From Macrostomum lignano (taxonomy: Eukaryota): a stretch of DNA of 64,000 bases. Within the stretch, counting starts at the first letter, position 1. Each line of letters opens with the position of its first letter. The translations under genes were made by a program, and so were the position numbers. The DNA is taken from the NCBI GenBank assembly GCA_002269645.1, contig NIVC01000374.1, positions 62,001-126,000 of the forward strand, read 5' to 3'. Below the pieces are notes generated by a model. That model was not told the origin of the DNA. It ran no database searches and worked only from the letters and a program-made list of their open reading frames with translations. Below, in pieces: positions 1-13,099 of the stretch.

Positions 1-274
1 GAGTGAGTTTGAGTTCTACCTATAACTTCATTGTGACCTGACGAAGTCAAAGGACCGCTGTACACGTGAGCTTGTGCATGTCTGAGTGCGTGCCTGCGTA
101 CAGTATTGGTGCTTGTACGAGCGCATGTGCTCAGGAGCCTGCGGAATGGGCTGAGTGGCCTCAGCCAACCTGCGATTATGAGCAGCGGTCTTTAGTAGTT
201 ATAGAGTGGTCTTTTGGGGCTGGATATGCCAATAAGTCAATACTTGATGAAGTAAACTGCTTTTTGCACCACAG

Positions 275-678
275 ACTCCGCCTAGAAGACTGGCAGCAAA
301 GTCAAGAGGCCGCGATGGAGCGACACCTCGAGCAGCTGCGGGCCAGCCTGCAGAGTCAGGCGGTCAGCGAATCAACCCGACTGCAGGGCTGCATCAACTC
401 GCTGGGCTGCCTGATTGAGGTTGCCTCGGTCAAGCAGAAACAGGTGCGAGACTTAATTGTCAAGTCGGGCAGAACTGTACAGTGGCACAGACAGTGACTG
501 ACTAACTAACTGACTAACTAACTAACTAACTGACTAGCTAACTAACTAACTAACTGACTAACTAACTAACTAACTAACTGACTAACTTACTAGCTAACTA
601 ACTAATTAACTAACTAACTAACTGACTAACTAACTAACTGACTAGCTAACTAACTAACTAACTAACTAACAAACTAAC

Positions 679-715
<37 letters not shown>

Positions 716-813
716 GACTAACTAAGTGACTAACTAAGTGACTAACTAACTAACTAACTAACTGACTAACTAACTGACTAACTAACTGACTAAATAACTA
801 ACTAACTAACTAG

Positions 814-847
<34 letters not shown>

Positions 848-1010
848 GACTAACTAACTAACTAACTAACTAGCTAACTAACTAACTGACTAGCTAACTA
901 ACTAACTAACTAACTAACTGACTAGCTAACTAACTAACTAACTAACTAACTAACTGACTAACTAACTAACTGACTAGCTAACTAACTAACTAACAAACAA
1001 ACAAACAAAC

Positions 1011-1045
<35 letters not shown>

Positions 1046-1103
1046 TTAACTAACTAACCAACTAACTAACTAACTAACTAACTAATTAATTAACTAACTA
1101 ACC

Positions 1104-1137
<34 letters not shown>

Positions 1138-1155
1138 TTAATAAACTAACTAACC

Positions 1156-1191
<36 letters not shown>

Positions 1192-1346
1192 GACTAACTA
1201 ACTAACTAACTAACTAGCTAACTAACTAACTGACTAGCTAACTAACTAACTAACTAACTAACTGACTAGCTAACTAACTAACTAACTAACTAACTGACTA
1301 ACTAACTAACTGACTAGCTAACTAACTAACTAACAAACAAACAAAC

Positions 1347-1385
<39 letters not shown>

Positions 1386-1447
1386 TTAATTAACTAACTA
1401 ACCAACTAACTAACTAACTAACTAACTAATTAATTAACTAACTAACC

Positions 1448-1481
<34 letters not shown>

Positions 1482-1499
1482 TTAATAAACTAACTAACC

Positions 1500-1539
<40 letters not shown>

Positions 1540-1594
1540 GACTAACTAACTAACTGACTAGCTAACTAACTAACTAACTAACTAACAAACTAAC

Positions 1595-1631
<37 letters not shown>

Positions 1632-1637
1632 GACTAG

Positions 1638-1671
<34 letters not shown>

Positions 1672-1726
1672 GACTAACTAACTAACTGACTAGCTAACTA
1701 ACTAACTAACAAACTAACAAACTAAC

Positions 1727-1760
<34 letters not shown>

Positions 1761-1761
1761 G

Positions 1762-1823
<62 letters not shown>

Positions 1824-2114
1824 GACTAACTAACTAACTAACTAACTGACTAACTAACTGACTAACTAACTGACTAACTAACTAACTAACTAACTGACTA
1901 ACTAACTGACTAACTAACTGACTAAATAACTAACTAACTAACTAGCTAACTAACTAACTAACTAACTAACTAACTGACTAACTAACTAACTAACTAACTA
2001 GCTAACTAACTAACTGACTAGCTAACTAACTAACTAACTAGCTAACTAACTAACTAACTAACTAACTAACTGACTAACTAACTAACTGACTAGCTAACTA
2101 ACTAACTAACAAAC

Positions 2115-2145
<31 letters not shown>

Positions 2146-2207
2146 TTAATTAACTAACTAACCAACTAACTAACTAACTAACTAACTAATTAATTAACTA
2201 ACTAACC

Positions 2208-2245
<38 letters not shown>

Positions 2246-2250
2246 TTAAT

Positions 2251-2291
<41 letters not shown>

Positions 2292-2313
2292 GACTAACTA
2301 ACTAACTGACTAG

Positions 2314-2346
<33 letters not shown>

Positions 2347-2354
2347 AAACAAAC

Positions 2355-2407
<53 letters not shown>

Positions 2408-2560
2408 GACTAACTAAATAACTAACTAACTGACTAACTAACTGACTAACTAACTGACTAACTAACTAACTAACTAACTGACTAACTAACTGACTAACTA
2501 ACTGACTAAATAACTAACTAACTAACTAGCTAACTAACTAACTAACTAACTAACTAACTG

Positions 2561-2603
<43 letters not shown>

Positions 2604-2823
2604 GACTAGCTAACTAACTAACTAACTAACTAACTGACTAGCTAACTAACTAACTAACTAACTAACTAACTGACTAACTAACTAACTGACTAGCTAACTA
2701 ACTAACTAACAAACAAACAAACTAACTAACGAACTAACTAACTAACTAACTAACTAACTAATTAATTAACTAACTAACCAACTAACTAACTAACTAACTA
2801 ACTAATTAATTAACTAACTAACC

Positions 2824-2861
<38 letters not shown>

Positions 2862-2881
2862 TTAATTAACTAACTAACCAG

Positions 2882-2915
<34 letters not shown>

Positions 2916-2937
2916 GACTAACTAACTAACTGACTAG

Positions 2938-2970
<33 letters not shown>

Positions 2971-2978
2971 AAACAAAC

Positions 2979-3027
<49 letters not shown>

Positions 3028-3028
3028 G

Positions 3029-3060
<32 letters not shown>

Positions 3061-3176
3061 GCTAACTAACTAACTGACTAACTAACTAACTAACTAACTG
3101 ACTAACTAACTGACTAACTAAATGACTAAATAACTAACTAACTAGCTAACTAACTAACTAACTAACTAACTAACTG

Positions 3177-3215
<39 letters not shown>

Positions 3216-3253
3216 GACTAGCTAACTAACTAACTAACTAACTAACTGACTAG

Positions 3254-3291
<38 letters not shown>

Positions 3292-3350
3292 GACTAGCTA
3301 ACTAACTGACTAGCTAACTAACTAACAAACAAACAAACAAACAAACAAAC

Positions 3351-3393
<43 letters not shown>

Positions 3394-3411
3394 TTAATTA
3401 ACTAACTAACC

Positions 3412-3451
<40 letters not shown>

Positions 3452-3587
3452 GACTAACTAACTAACTGACTAGCTAACTAACTAACTAACAAACAAACAA
3501 ACAAACAAACTAACTAACTAACTAATTAATTAACTAACTAACCAACTAACTAACTAACTAACTAACTAATTAATTAACTAACTAACC

Positions 3588-3625
<38 letters not shown>

Positions 3626-3634
3626 TTAATTAAT

Positions 3635-3679
<45 letters not shown>

Positions 3680-3701
3680 GACTAACTAACTAACTGACTA
3701 G

Positions 3702-3734
<33 letters not shown>

Positions 3735-3746
3735 AAACAAACAAAC

Positions 3747-3799
<53 letters not shown>

Positions 3800-3800
3800 G

Positions 3801-3835
<35 letters not shown>

Positions 3836-3942
3836 GACTAACTAACTGACTAACTAACTGACTAAATAACTAACTAACTAACTAGCTAACTAACTAACTA
3901 ACTAACTAACTAACTGACTAACTAACTAACTAACTAATTAAT

Positions 3943-3973
<31 letters not shown>

Positions 3974-3982
3974 TTAATTAAT

Positions 3983-4023
<41 letters not shown>

Positions 4024-4045
4024 GACTAACTAACTAACTGACTAG

Positions 4046-4082
<37 letters not shown>

Positions 4083-4090
4083 AAACAAAC

Positions 4091-4159
<69 letters not shown>

Positions 4160-4316
4160 GACTAACTAACTAACTAACTAACTAACTGACTAACTAACTG
4201 ACTAACTAACTGACTAACTAACTAACTAACTAACTGACTAACTAACTGACTAACTAACTGACTAAATAACTAACTAACTAACTAGCTAACTAACTAACTA
4301 ACTAACTAACTAACTG

Positions 4317-4355
<39 letters not shown>

Positions 4356-4571
4356 GACTAGCTAACTAACTAACTAACTAACTAACTGACTAGCTAACTA
4401 ACTAACTAACTAACTAACTAACTGACTAACTAACTAACTGACTAGCTAACTAACTAACTAACAAACAAACAAACTAACTAACGAACTAACTAACTAACTA
4501 ACTAACTAACTAATTAATTAACTAACTAACCAACTAACTAACTAACTAACTAATTAATTAACTAACTAACC

Positions 4572-4617
<46 letters not shown>

Positions 4618-4637
4618 TTAATTAACTAACTAACCAG

Positions 4638-4675
<38 letters not shown>

Positions 4676-4697
4676 GACTAACTAACTAACTGACTAG

Positions 4698-4730
<33 letters not shown>

Positions 4731-4742
4731 AAACAAACAAAC

Positions 4743-4795
<53 letters not shown>

Positions 4796-4948
4796 GACTA
4801 ACTAACTAACTAACTAACTAACTGACTAACTAACTGACTAACTAACTGACTAACTAACTAACTAACTAACTGACTAACTAACTGACTAACTAACTGACTA
4901 AATAACTAACTAACTAGCTAACTAACTAACTAACTAACTAACTAACTG

Positions 4949-4987
<39 letters not shown>

Positions 4988-5025
4988 GACTAGCTAACTA
5001 ACTAACTAACTAACTAACTGACTAG

Positions 5026-5063
<38 letters not shown>

Positions 5064-5110
5064 GACTAGCTAACTAACTGACTAGCTAACTAACTAACAA
5101 ACAAACAAAC

Positions 5111-5149
<39 letters not shown>

Positions 5150-5255
5150 TTAATTAACTAACTAACCAACTAACTAACTAACTAACTAACTAATTAATTA
5201 ACTAACTAACCAACTAACTAACTAACTAACTAACTAATTAATTAACTAACTAACC

Positions 5256-5325
<70 letters not shown>

Positions 5326-5330
5326 TTAAT

Positions 5331-5371
<41 letters not shown>

Positions 5372-5462
5372 GACTAACTAACTAACTGACTAGCTAACTA
5401 ACTAACTAACTAACTAACAAACTAACAAACAAACTAACTAACTAACTAACTAACTAACTAGC

Positions 5463-5515
<53 letters not shown>

Positions 5516-5516
5516 G

Positions 5517-5547
<31 letters not shown>

Positions 5548-5603
5548 GACTAACTAACTGACTAACTAACTAACTAACTAACTAACTAATTAACTAACTA
5601 ACC

Positions 5604-5653
<50 letters not shown>

Positions 5654-5671
5654 TTAATTAACTAACTAACC

Positions 5672-5707
<36 letters not shown>

Positions 5708-5798
5708 GACTAACTAACTAACTGACTAGCTAACTAACTAACTAACTAACTAACAAACTAAGAAACAAACAAACTAACTAACTAACTAACTAACTAGC

Positions 5799-5859
<61 letters not shown>

Positions 5860-5860
5860 G

Positions 5861-5891
<31 letters not shown>

Positions 5892-6014
5892 GACTAACTA
5901 ACTGACTAACTAACTAACTAACTAACTGACTAACTAACTGACTAACTAACTGACTAAATAACTAACTAACTAACTAGCTAACTAACTAACTAACTAACTA
6001 ACTAACTGACTAAC

Positions 6015-6047
<33 letters not shown>

Positions 6048-6053
6048 GACTAG

Positions 6054-6089
<36 letters not shown>

Positions 6090-6107
6090 TTAATTAACTA
6101 ACTAACC

Positions 6108-6141
<34 letters not shown>

Positions 6142-6159
6142 TTAATTAACTAACTAACC

Positions 6160-6197
<38 letters not shown>

Positions 6198-6215
6198 TTA
6201 ATTAACTAACTAACC

Positions 6216-6249
<34 letters not shown>

Positions 6250-6315
6250 TTAATTAACTAACTAACCAACTAACTAACTAACTAACTAACTAACTAATTA
6301 ATTAACTAACTAACC

Positions 6316-6349
<34 letters not shown>

Positions 6350-6350
6350 T

Positions 6351-6389
<39 letters not shown>

Positions 6390-6407
6390 TTAATTAACTA
6401 ACTAACC

Positions 6408-6441
<34 letters not shown>

Positions 6442-6459
6442 TTAATTAACTAACTAACC

Positions 6460-6493
<34 letters not shown>

Positions 6494-6511
6494 TTAATTA
6501 ACTAACTAACC

Positions 6512-6545
<34 letters not shown>

Positions 6546-6601
6546 TTAATTAATACGCAGGCACTTCGCAGCATGCAAGACAGTGTACAACAACTAGAGG
6601 C

Positions 6602-6637
<36 letters not shown>

Positions 6638-8295
6638 GCAACAGCAACAACAACAACAACAACAGCAACAACAACAACAACAACAGCAACAGCAACAACA
6701 ACAACAACAACAACAACAACAGCAACAACAACAACAACAACAGCAACAGCAACAACAACAACAACAACAGCAACAGCAACAACAAAAGCAGAAGGAACGG
6801 AATCAGCAGCAGCAACTTCAACCGCTGCAGTGGTTCGAAGGCTTCGATAGCAGAACAGACGGTGGCTCTCGTCTGTTCAGCAATGTTCCACACGGCAGTT
6901 CGGCATCACCCTCGAGGACGAACTTCGTGGTCACGCCTTCGTGTCATGTTGTTCTGGTAATTAATAACTCTATGTAACTGCTTTCCTATAACTGCCTGCC
7001 TATTTGCAAAAGCTTGAAAAAGCTTGAGGAAAGCGTTTTATAACCCCCGGCTGACTCTTCTTGTACACGTTGGTTTTGTCTCTGAACTATCCGATATTTT
7101 GTCTCGGACTCTCTGATCCTTGTGTCCATAGGAATTGTGTCTCGGACTCTCTGATCCTTGTGTCCATAGGAATTGTGTCTCGGACTCTCTGATCCTTGTG
7201 TCCATAGGTTGTGTCTCGGACTCTCTGATCCTTGTGTCCATAGGAATTGTGTCTCGGACTCTCTGATCCTTGTGTCCATAGGAATTGTGTCTCGGACTCT
7301 CTGATCCTTGTGTCCATAGGAATTGTGTCTCGGACTCTCTGATCCTTGTGTCCATAGGTTGTGTCTCGGACTCTCTGATCCTTGTGTCCATAGGTTGTGT
7401 CTCGGACTCTCTGATCCTTGTGTCCATAGGAATTGTGTCTCGGACTCTCTGATCCTTGTGTCCATAGGAATTGTGTCTCGGACTCTCTGATCCTTGTGTC
7501 CATAGGAATTGTGTCTCGGACTCTCTGATCCTTGTGTCCATAGGAATTGTGTCTCGGACTCTCTGATCCTTGTGTCTATAGGTTGTGTCTCGGACTCTCT
7601 GATCCTTGTGTCTATAGGTTGTGTCTCGGACTCTCTGATCCTTGTGTCCATAAGTTGTGTCTCGGCCTCTCTGATCCTTGTGTCCATAGGTTGTGTCTCG
7701 GACTCTCTGATCCTTGTGTCCATAGGTTGTGTCTTGGACTCTCTGATCCTTGTGTCTATAGGTTGTGTCTCGGACTCTCTGATCCTTGTGTCCATAGGTT
7801 GTGTCTCGGACTCTCTGATCCTTGTGTCCATAGGTTGTGTCTCGGACTCTCTGATCCTTGTGTCCATAGGTTGTGTCTCGGACTCTCTGATCCTTGTGTC
7901 CATAGGTTGTGTCTCGGACTCTCTGATCCTTGTGTCCATAGGTTGTGTCTTGGACTCTCTGATCCTTGTGTCCATAGGTTGTATCTTGGACTCTCGGATC
8001 CTTGTGTCCATAGGAATTGTGTCTTGGACTCTCTGATCCTTGTGTCCATAGGAATTGTGTCTTGGACTCCCTGATCCTTGTGTCCATAGGAATTGTGTCC
8101 GTAGTAATGTTGCATGAAACTAAGTGCCAAATTGTATTCCAGGCACCAACAGCTACATTTTCGGCCAGGGAACCAGCTGGCAGCGCTAGAAGAAGCAGCG
8201 ATCGCAGAAGCGGTGACATCACAAACGGTTACCTCAACAGAAGATTTGCAGCGGCTTGTGGCACACGTGACAGCGAACATATTGGGGGTGGATGA
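275..8295 (+). CDS. Uncharacterised coiled-coil / polyQ protein, 5'-incomplete. Exons 275-443, 6561-6956, and probable last exon 8143-8295
   Basis: Acceptor cacAG|275 and donor CAG|GTGCGA at 443 (phase 0). Acceptor tacgcAG|6561 continues the coiled-coil (VKQKQ|ALRSMQDSVQQLEA), followed by about 61 Gln (mixed CAA/CAG). Donor CTG|GTAATT at 6956; acceptor ttccAG|8143 runs to TGA at 8295. The frame of the last exon is ambiguous and no family is recognised. Confidence 0.55.
494..6553 (+). repeat. About 6-kb (ACTA)n tetranucleotide satellite filling intron 444-6560
   Basis: ACTA units with recurring ACTG, ATTA, ACAA, ACCA and GCTA variants. Confidence 0.98.
6603..6785 (+). repeat. (CAA/CAG)n polyglutamine tract, about 61 codons
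   Basis: In frame within exon 6561-6956. Confidence 0.9.
7097..8100 (+). repeat. 36/38-bp intronic minisatellite
   Basis: Unit GTTGTGTCTCGGACTCTCTGATCCTTGTGTCCATAG, with a GAATTGTG variant. Confidence 0.95.
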
Positions 8296-8409
8296 GGCTA
8301 ATTTTTATTTAATCTGCATCTGCGCCGAGTGCTTTCTTGGAGTCATCAGTTAGTTGCGGACTGGGAATTGTTAGAAAATTCGCAAGTCTGAAGTTTAAAG
8401 GTCTCAATT

Positions 8410-9445
8410 GAATCTTCACAAGCTCGATTGAAGTTTCACAAGCTCGATTGAAGTTTCACAAGCTCGATTGAAGTTTCACAAGCTCGATTGAAGTTTTACA
8501 AGCTTGACTGAAGTTTCACAAGCTCGACTGAAGTTTTACAAGCTCGACTGAAGTTTCACAAGCTCGATTGAAGTTTCACAAGCTCGGTTGAAGTTTCACA
8601 AGCTCGATTGAAGTTTCACAAGCTCGATTGAAGTTTTACAAGCTTGACTGAAGTTTCACAAGCTCGACTGAAGTTTTACAAGCTCGACTGAAGTTTCACA
8701 AGCTCGATTGAAGTTTCACAAGCTCGATTGAAGTTTTACAAGCTTGACTGAAGTTTCACAAGCTCGACTGAAGTTTTACAAGCTCGACTGAAGTTTCACA
8801 AGCTCGATTGAAGTTTCACAAGCTCGGTTGAAGTTTCACAAGCTCGATTGAAGTTTCACAAGCTCGATTGAAGTTTTACAAGCTTGACTGAAGTTTCACA
8901 AGCTCGACTGAAGTTTTACAAGCTCGACTGAAGTTTCACAAGCTCGATTGAAGTTTCACAAGCTCGATTGAAGTTTCACAAGCTCGGTTGAAGTTTCACA
9001 AGCTCGATTGAAGTTTCACAAGCTCGACTGAAGTTTCACAAGCTCGATTGAAGTTTCACAAGCTCGATTGAAGTTTCACAAACTCGATTGAAGCTTCACA
9101 AGCTCGATTGAAGTTTCACAAGCTCGATTGAAGTTTCACAAGCTCGATTGAAGTTTCACAAGCTCGATTGAAGCTTCACAAGCTTGATTGAATCTTCACA
9201 AGCTTGATTGAAGCTTCACAAGCTCGATTGAAGTTTCACAAGCTCGACTGAAGTTTCACAAGCTTGATTGAAGTTTCACAAGCTTGATTGAAGCTTCACA
9301 AGCTTGATTGAAGCTTCACAAGCTCGATTGAAGTTTCACAAGCTTGATTGAATCTTCACAAGCTCGATTGAAGTTTCACAAGCTCGACTGAAGTTTCACA
9401 AGCTCGACTGAAGTTTCACAAGCTCGACTTAAGTTTCACAAGCTG
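8410..9445. repeat. 20-bp minisatellite
   Basis: Unit AAGTTTCACAAGCTCGATTG, with higher-order variant blocks. Confidence 0.95.
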
Positions 9446-9825
9446 GATCCATTGCTCCAATAAACTACTCGCAGTAGGTCAGCCGTGCAGATGCAGTAAT
9501 TTTTTCCCGAGCCAATAGCCCGCAAGCAAGCTTGTTAAAAGCAAACAAGCTTTTCTAAATGACGACCGTGCTGCCTAAACCGGCTTAGCGAGTAAAATTG
9601 CTTTTTGTTGGCGGTGCACGAGTCTGACTCGCTGGCGGGCCTACGGCTGCTGTTGTGATGAGTGTAGCTGACTATTATTGACTGGCAAATATATGGGTTG
9701 ATATACGGTATATACGAAACTAATTCAATCTTCAATATAATTATTATGATCGAAGATATTCTTGAGTGATTTGTCATCATCTATTTGTACGAGCCAAGGG
9801 AAAAATTGGTGGAAAATTTATGGTT

Positions 9826-10995
9826 AATGGTGGGTGAATCATTTACTGTGGTGGGTGAATCGTCTATTTTAAAGGGTGAGTGAATCGTCTTTGGTGGCAG
9901 GTGGGTGAATCATCCACAGTAAATGGTGGGTGAATCATCTAAAGTGAGCGGTGGGTGAATCATCCACAGTAAATGGTGGGTGAATCATCTAAAGTGAGCG
10001 GTGGGTGAATCATCCACAGTAAATGGTGGGTGAATCATCTAAAGTGAGCGGTGGGTGAATCATCCACAGTAAATGGTGGGTGAATCATCTAAAGTGAACG
10101 GTGGGTGAATCATCCACAGTAAATGGTGGGTGAATCATCTAAAGTGAACGGTGGGTGAATCATCTAAAGTGAGCGGTGGGTGAATCATCTAAAGTGAACG
10201 GTGGGTGAATCATCTAAAGTAAGCGGTGGGTGAATCATCTAAAGTGAACGGTGGGTGAATCATCTAAAGTGAACGGTGGGTGAATCATCTAAAGTGAACG
10301 GTGGGTGAATCATCTAAAGTGAACGGTGGGTGAATCATCTAAAGTGAACGGTGGGTGAATCATCTAAAGTGAGCGGTGGGTGAATCATCTAAAGTGAACG
10401 GTGGGTGAATCATCTAAAGTGAGCGGTGGGTGAATCATCCACAGTAAATGGTGGGTGAATCATCTAAAGTGAACGGTGGGTGAATCATCTAAAGTGAACG
10501 GTGGGTGAATCATCTAAAGTGAGCGGTGGGTGAATCATCTAAAGTGAACGGTGGGTGAATCATCCACAGTAAATGGTGGGTGAATCATCTAAAGTGAACG
10601 GTGGGTGAATCATCTAAAGTGAACGGTGGGTGAATCATCTAAAGTGAACGGTGGGTGAATCATCTAAAGTGAACGGTGGGTGAATCATCCACAGTAAATG
10701 GTGGGTGAATCATCTAAAGTGAACAGTGGGTGAATCATCTAAAGTGAGCGGTGGGTGAATCATCCACAGTAAATAGTGGGTGAATCATCTAAAGTGAACG
10801 GTGGGTGAATCATCTAAAGTGAACAGTGGGTGAATCATCTAAAGTGAGCGGTGGGTGAATCATCCACAGTAAATGGTGGGTGAATCATCTAAGGTGAACG
10901 GTGGGTGAATCATTCACAGTGCAAAGTAAATGGTGGTTGAATCATCTAATGTGAACGGTGGGTGAATCATTCACAGTGAACTGTGGGTGAATCAG
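9826..10995. repeat. 25/28-bp minisatellite
   Basis: Units GGTGGGTGAATCATCTAAAGTGAAC and GGTGGGTGAATCATCCACAGTAAAT-type variants. Confidence 0.95.
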
Positions 10996-11477
10996 AAATG
11001 GTGAATGGTAGTTTTGAGTTTTGAGTTACTCTTACAGAAGTCAATGCATTGATCTTGGTGGTGAATTTATAAAAGTAAAAAAACATGTAAAAAGGGCAGT
11101 AGCAAAGGCTATTTACACAAAACATGACAGACATGAGCTAAGATATATAAAGCGTAGCTTAAAGTGCATCTGACTCTGGGATATATATGCATATTTAATC
11201 ATTTAAAGGACAATTAGAGATAAAATGAAATTTTATAATGTAATAAATTATGTATTATAATTTGCAGGACAACGCATCAAGACAGACTGCAATTATTATA
11301 TAAATATGATGATTTGCGGATAGCAGATAAACAAAATCATGTTAGAAATATAGTCTTTTCTATTACAGGTTTATAACTTTTACTTTGTCCGAATTTTCCA
11401 GTTACAATGCACACAGACAGTGAAAACAAGATTAGACTTTGAAACAGGTGCAAATACTTGCCTTGAAAGATGTTAAC

Positions 11478-11850
11478 TGGGTCATCAGAGTGGTGTCAGG
11501 GTCATCAGAGTGGTGTCAGGGTCATCAGGGTGGTGTCAGGGTCATTAAAGTGGTGTCAGGGTCATCAGAGTGGTGTCAGGCTCATCAGAGTGGTGTCAGG
11601 GTCACTAGAGTGGTGTCAGGGTCACTAGAGTGGTGTCAGGGTCACTAGAGTGGTGTCAGGGTCACTAGAGTGGTGTCAGGGTCATCAGAGTGGTGTCAGG
11701 GTCATCAGGGTGGTGTCAGGGTCATTAAAGTGGTGTCAGGGTCATCAGAGTGGTGTCAGGGTCATCATAGTGGTGTCAGGGTCACTAGAGTGGTGTCAGG
11801 GTCACTAGAGTGGTGTCAGGGTCACTAGAGTGGTGTCAGGGTCATCAGAG
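11478..11850. repeat. 20-bp minisatellite
   Basis: Unit GTCATCAGAGTGGTGTCAGG. Confidence 0.95.
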
Positions 11851-12235
11851 TAATCACTTTTAATAAATCAAATTTCGAAGAATATTATGCATAACATAAA
11901 TCAGATGAATAGTTACCAGCAATGACAATTCGGCAAAAAGTATCGTATTAACCTCGGTTACGGTGCAAGATGGAATACATCTGTTAAAACGTGTGAATTT
12001 CACTTAAGCTAAATAAATTTCAAACACAGATTAAACTGTCAAAATTAGAGTAAAAATATTTTAAAGTGAAATAAACAAAGCATAGCGCTGAAAAAATGAC
12101 AAATTTAAATAGCGAAACACTGCAACTGATAATTAGCAAATTTCAACAATAGAATATGTCTCTGAAAAAATATTTTTTTGACAGTAAAACTATAATCATA
12201 ATTCACTACCACTAATAAAAATTGACTGAATAAAC

Positions 12236-12437
12236 CAGGTGTGTGAAGGGGACTAGACAGGTGAGTGAAGGGAGATTGGACAGGTGAGTGAAGGGAGATT
12301 AGACAGGTGAGTGAAGGGAGATTAGACAGGTGAGTGGAGGAAGATTAGATAGGTGGTTGAAGGGAGATTAGATAGGTGGTTGAAGGGAGATTAGATAGGC
12401 GAGTGTAGCGAGATTAGACAGGTGGGTGAAGGGAGAT
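12236..12437 (+). repeat. 23-bp minisatellite (same family as 16290-16575, opposite orientation)
   Basis: Unit GTGAGTGAAGGGAGATTAGACAG. Confidence 0.9.
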
Positions 12438-13099
12438 AATTAGTGTAAAAAAAACAAAAATACTAAAGTGTTCCAGAAAAAGCAGAGTTTATTCTAAGTT
12501 GAAAATTCTCCAAGGAAATCAGATATAGCAACAATTAAATCAGTTTAATAATAGTTGGATGATTTATATATAATTCTTATCCTATAAGCTTAAGCTCTTG
12601 CTCTACTAGTTTTGGAATAGTTAAAAAAACTAAAAAATACCGAGGCCTATATTAAAGGATATTAAAGGAGATTAGGAATCTCTTCGTCAAGAGATTTAAT
12701 TTCAGTCATGGATAACTAAAGTACAAGGAGTCACAGCTAAATGGGCAATGACTGCTTGCCTCTGCCCTGGGTGCGCGTTGACTGTCATCTTGGACTTGCA
12801 GAAGCGCCCAGAGTTTGCCTCCTTCCCTACCAACTAAACTAAACTAGAACGTTGTCCGAACTTCTGATTGCTTTAATATCGGGTTTGAACCAAGATACCA
12901 GAATAACTAGATGTCACTCGCGCTCTCACCTACTCGTTTATTAGTAGAAAAATTAGCGATTTTTGCCTTCAGCATTTTTACTGTTTTACCGACTCTAGAC
13001 TTGATATTATGCATATTATTGCTCGTATGCTTGGCAAGCAAGAGAGAAAAGGGGTGGCGCCCCAGCCCCAAAACAGTTTGGCTTTCCAATTGTCCGTTT

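Noticed and set aside
66-274. N-terminal part of ORF 66..497
   Set aside because: It begins at GTG in what looks like intron sequence. The coding-like part starts only at the acceptor at 275 and ends at the donor at 443.
6594-6893. Poly-Leu ORF on the minus strand
   Set aside because: It is the antisense shadow of the polyQ tract. The same applies to antisense ORFs over the PPP6R, DAZAP1-like, CDC25 and transposase exons.
275-8353. TRIM-NHL or GAF/phosphodiesterase assignment for gene 1
   Set aside because: Only a vague resemblance; no B-box, NHL or GAF signature can be confirmed.
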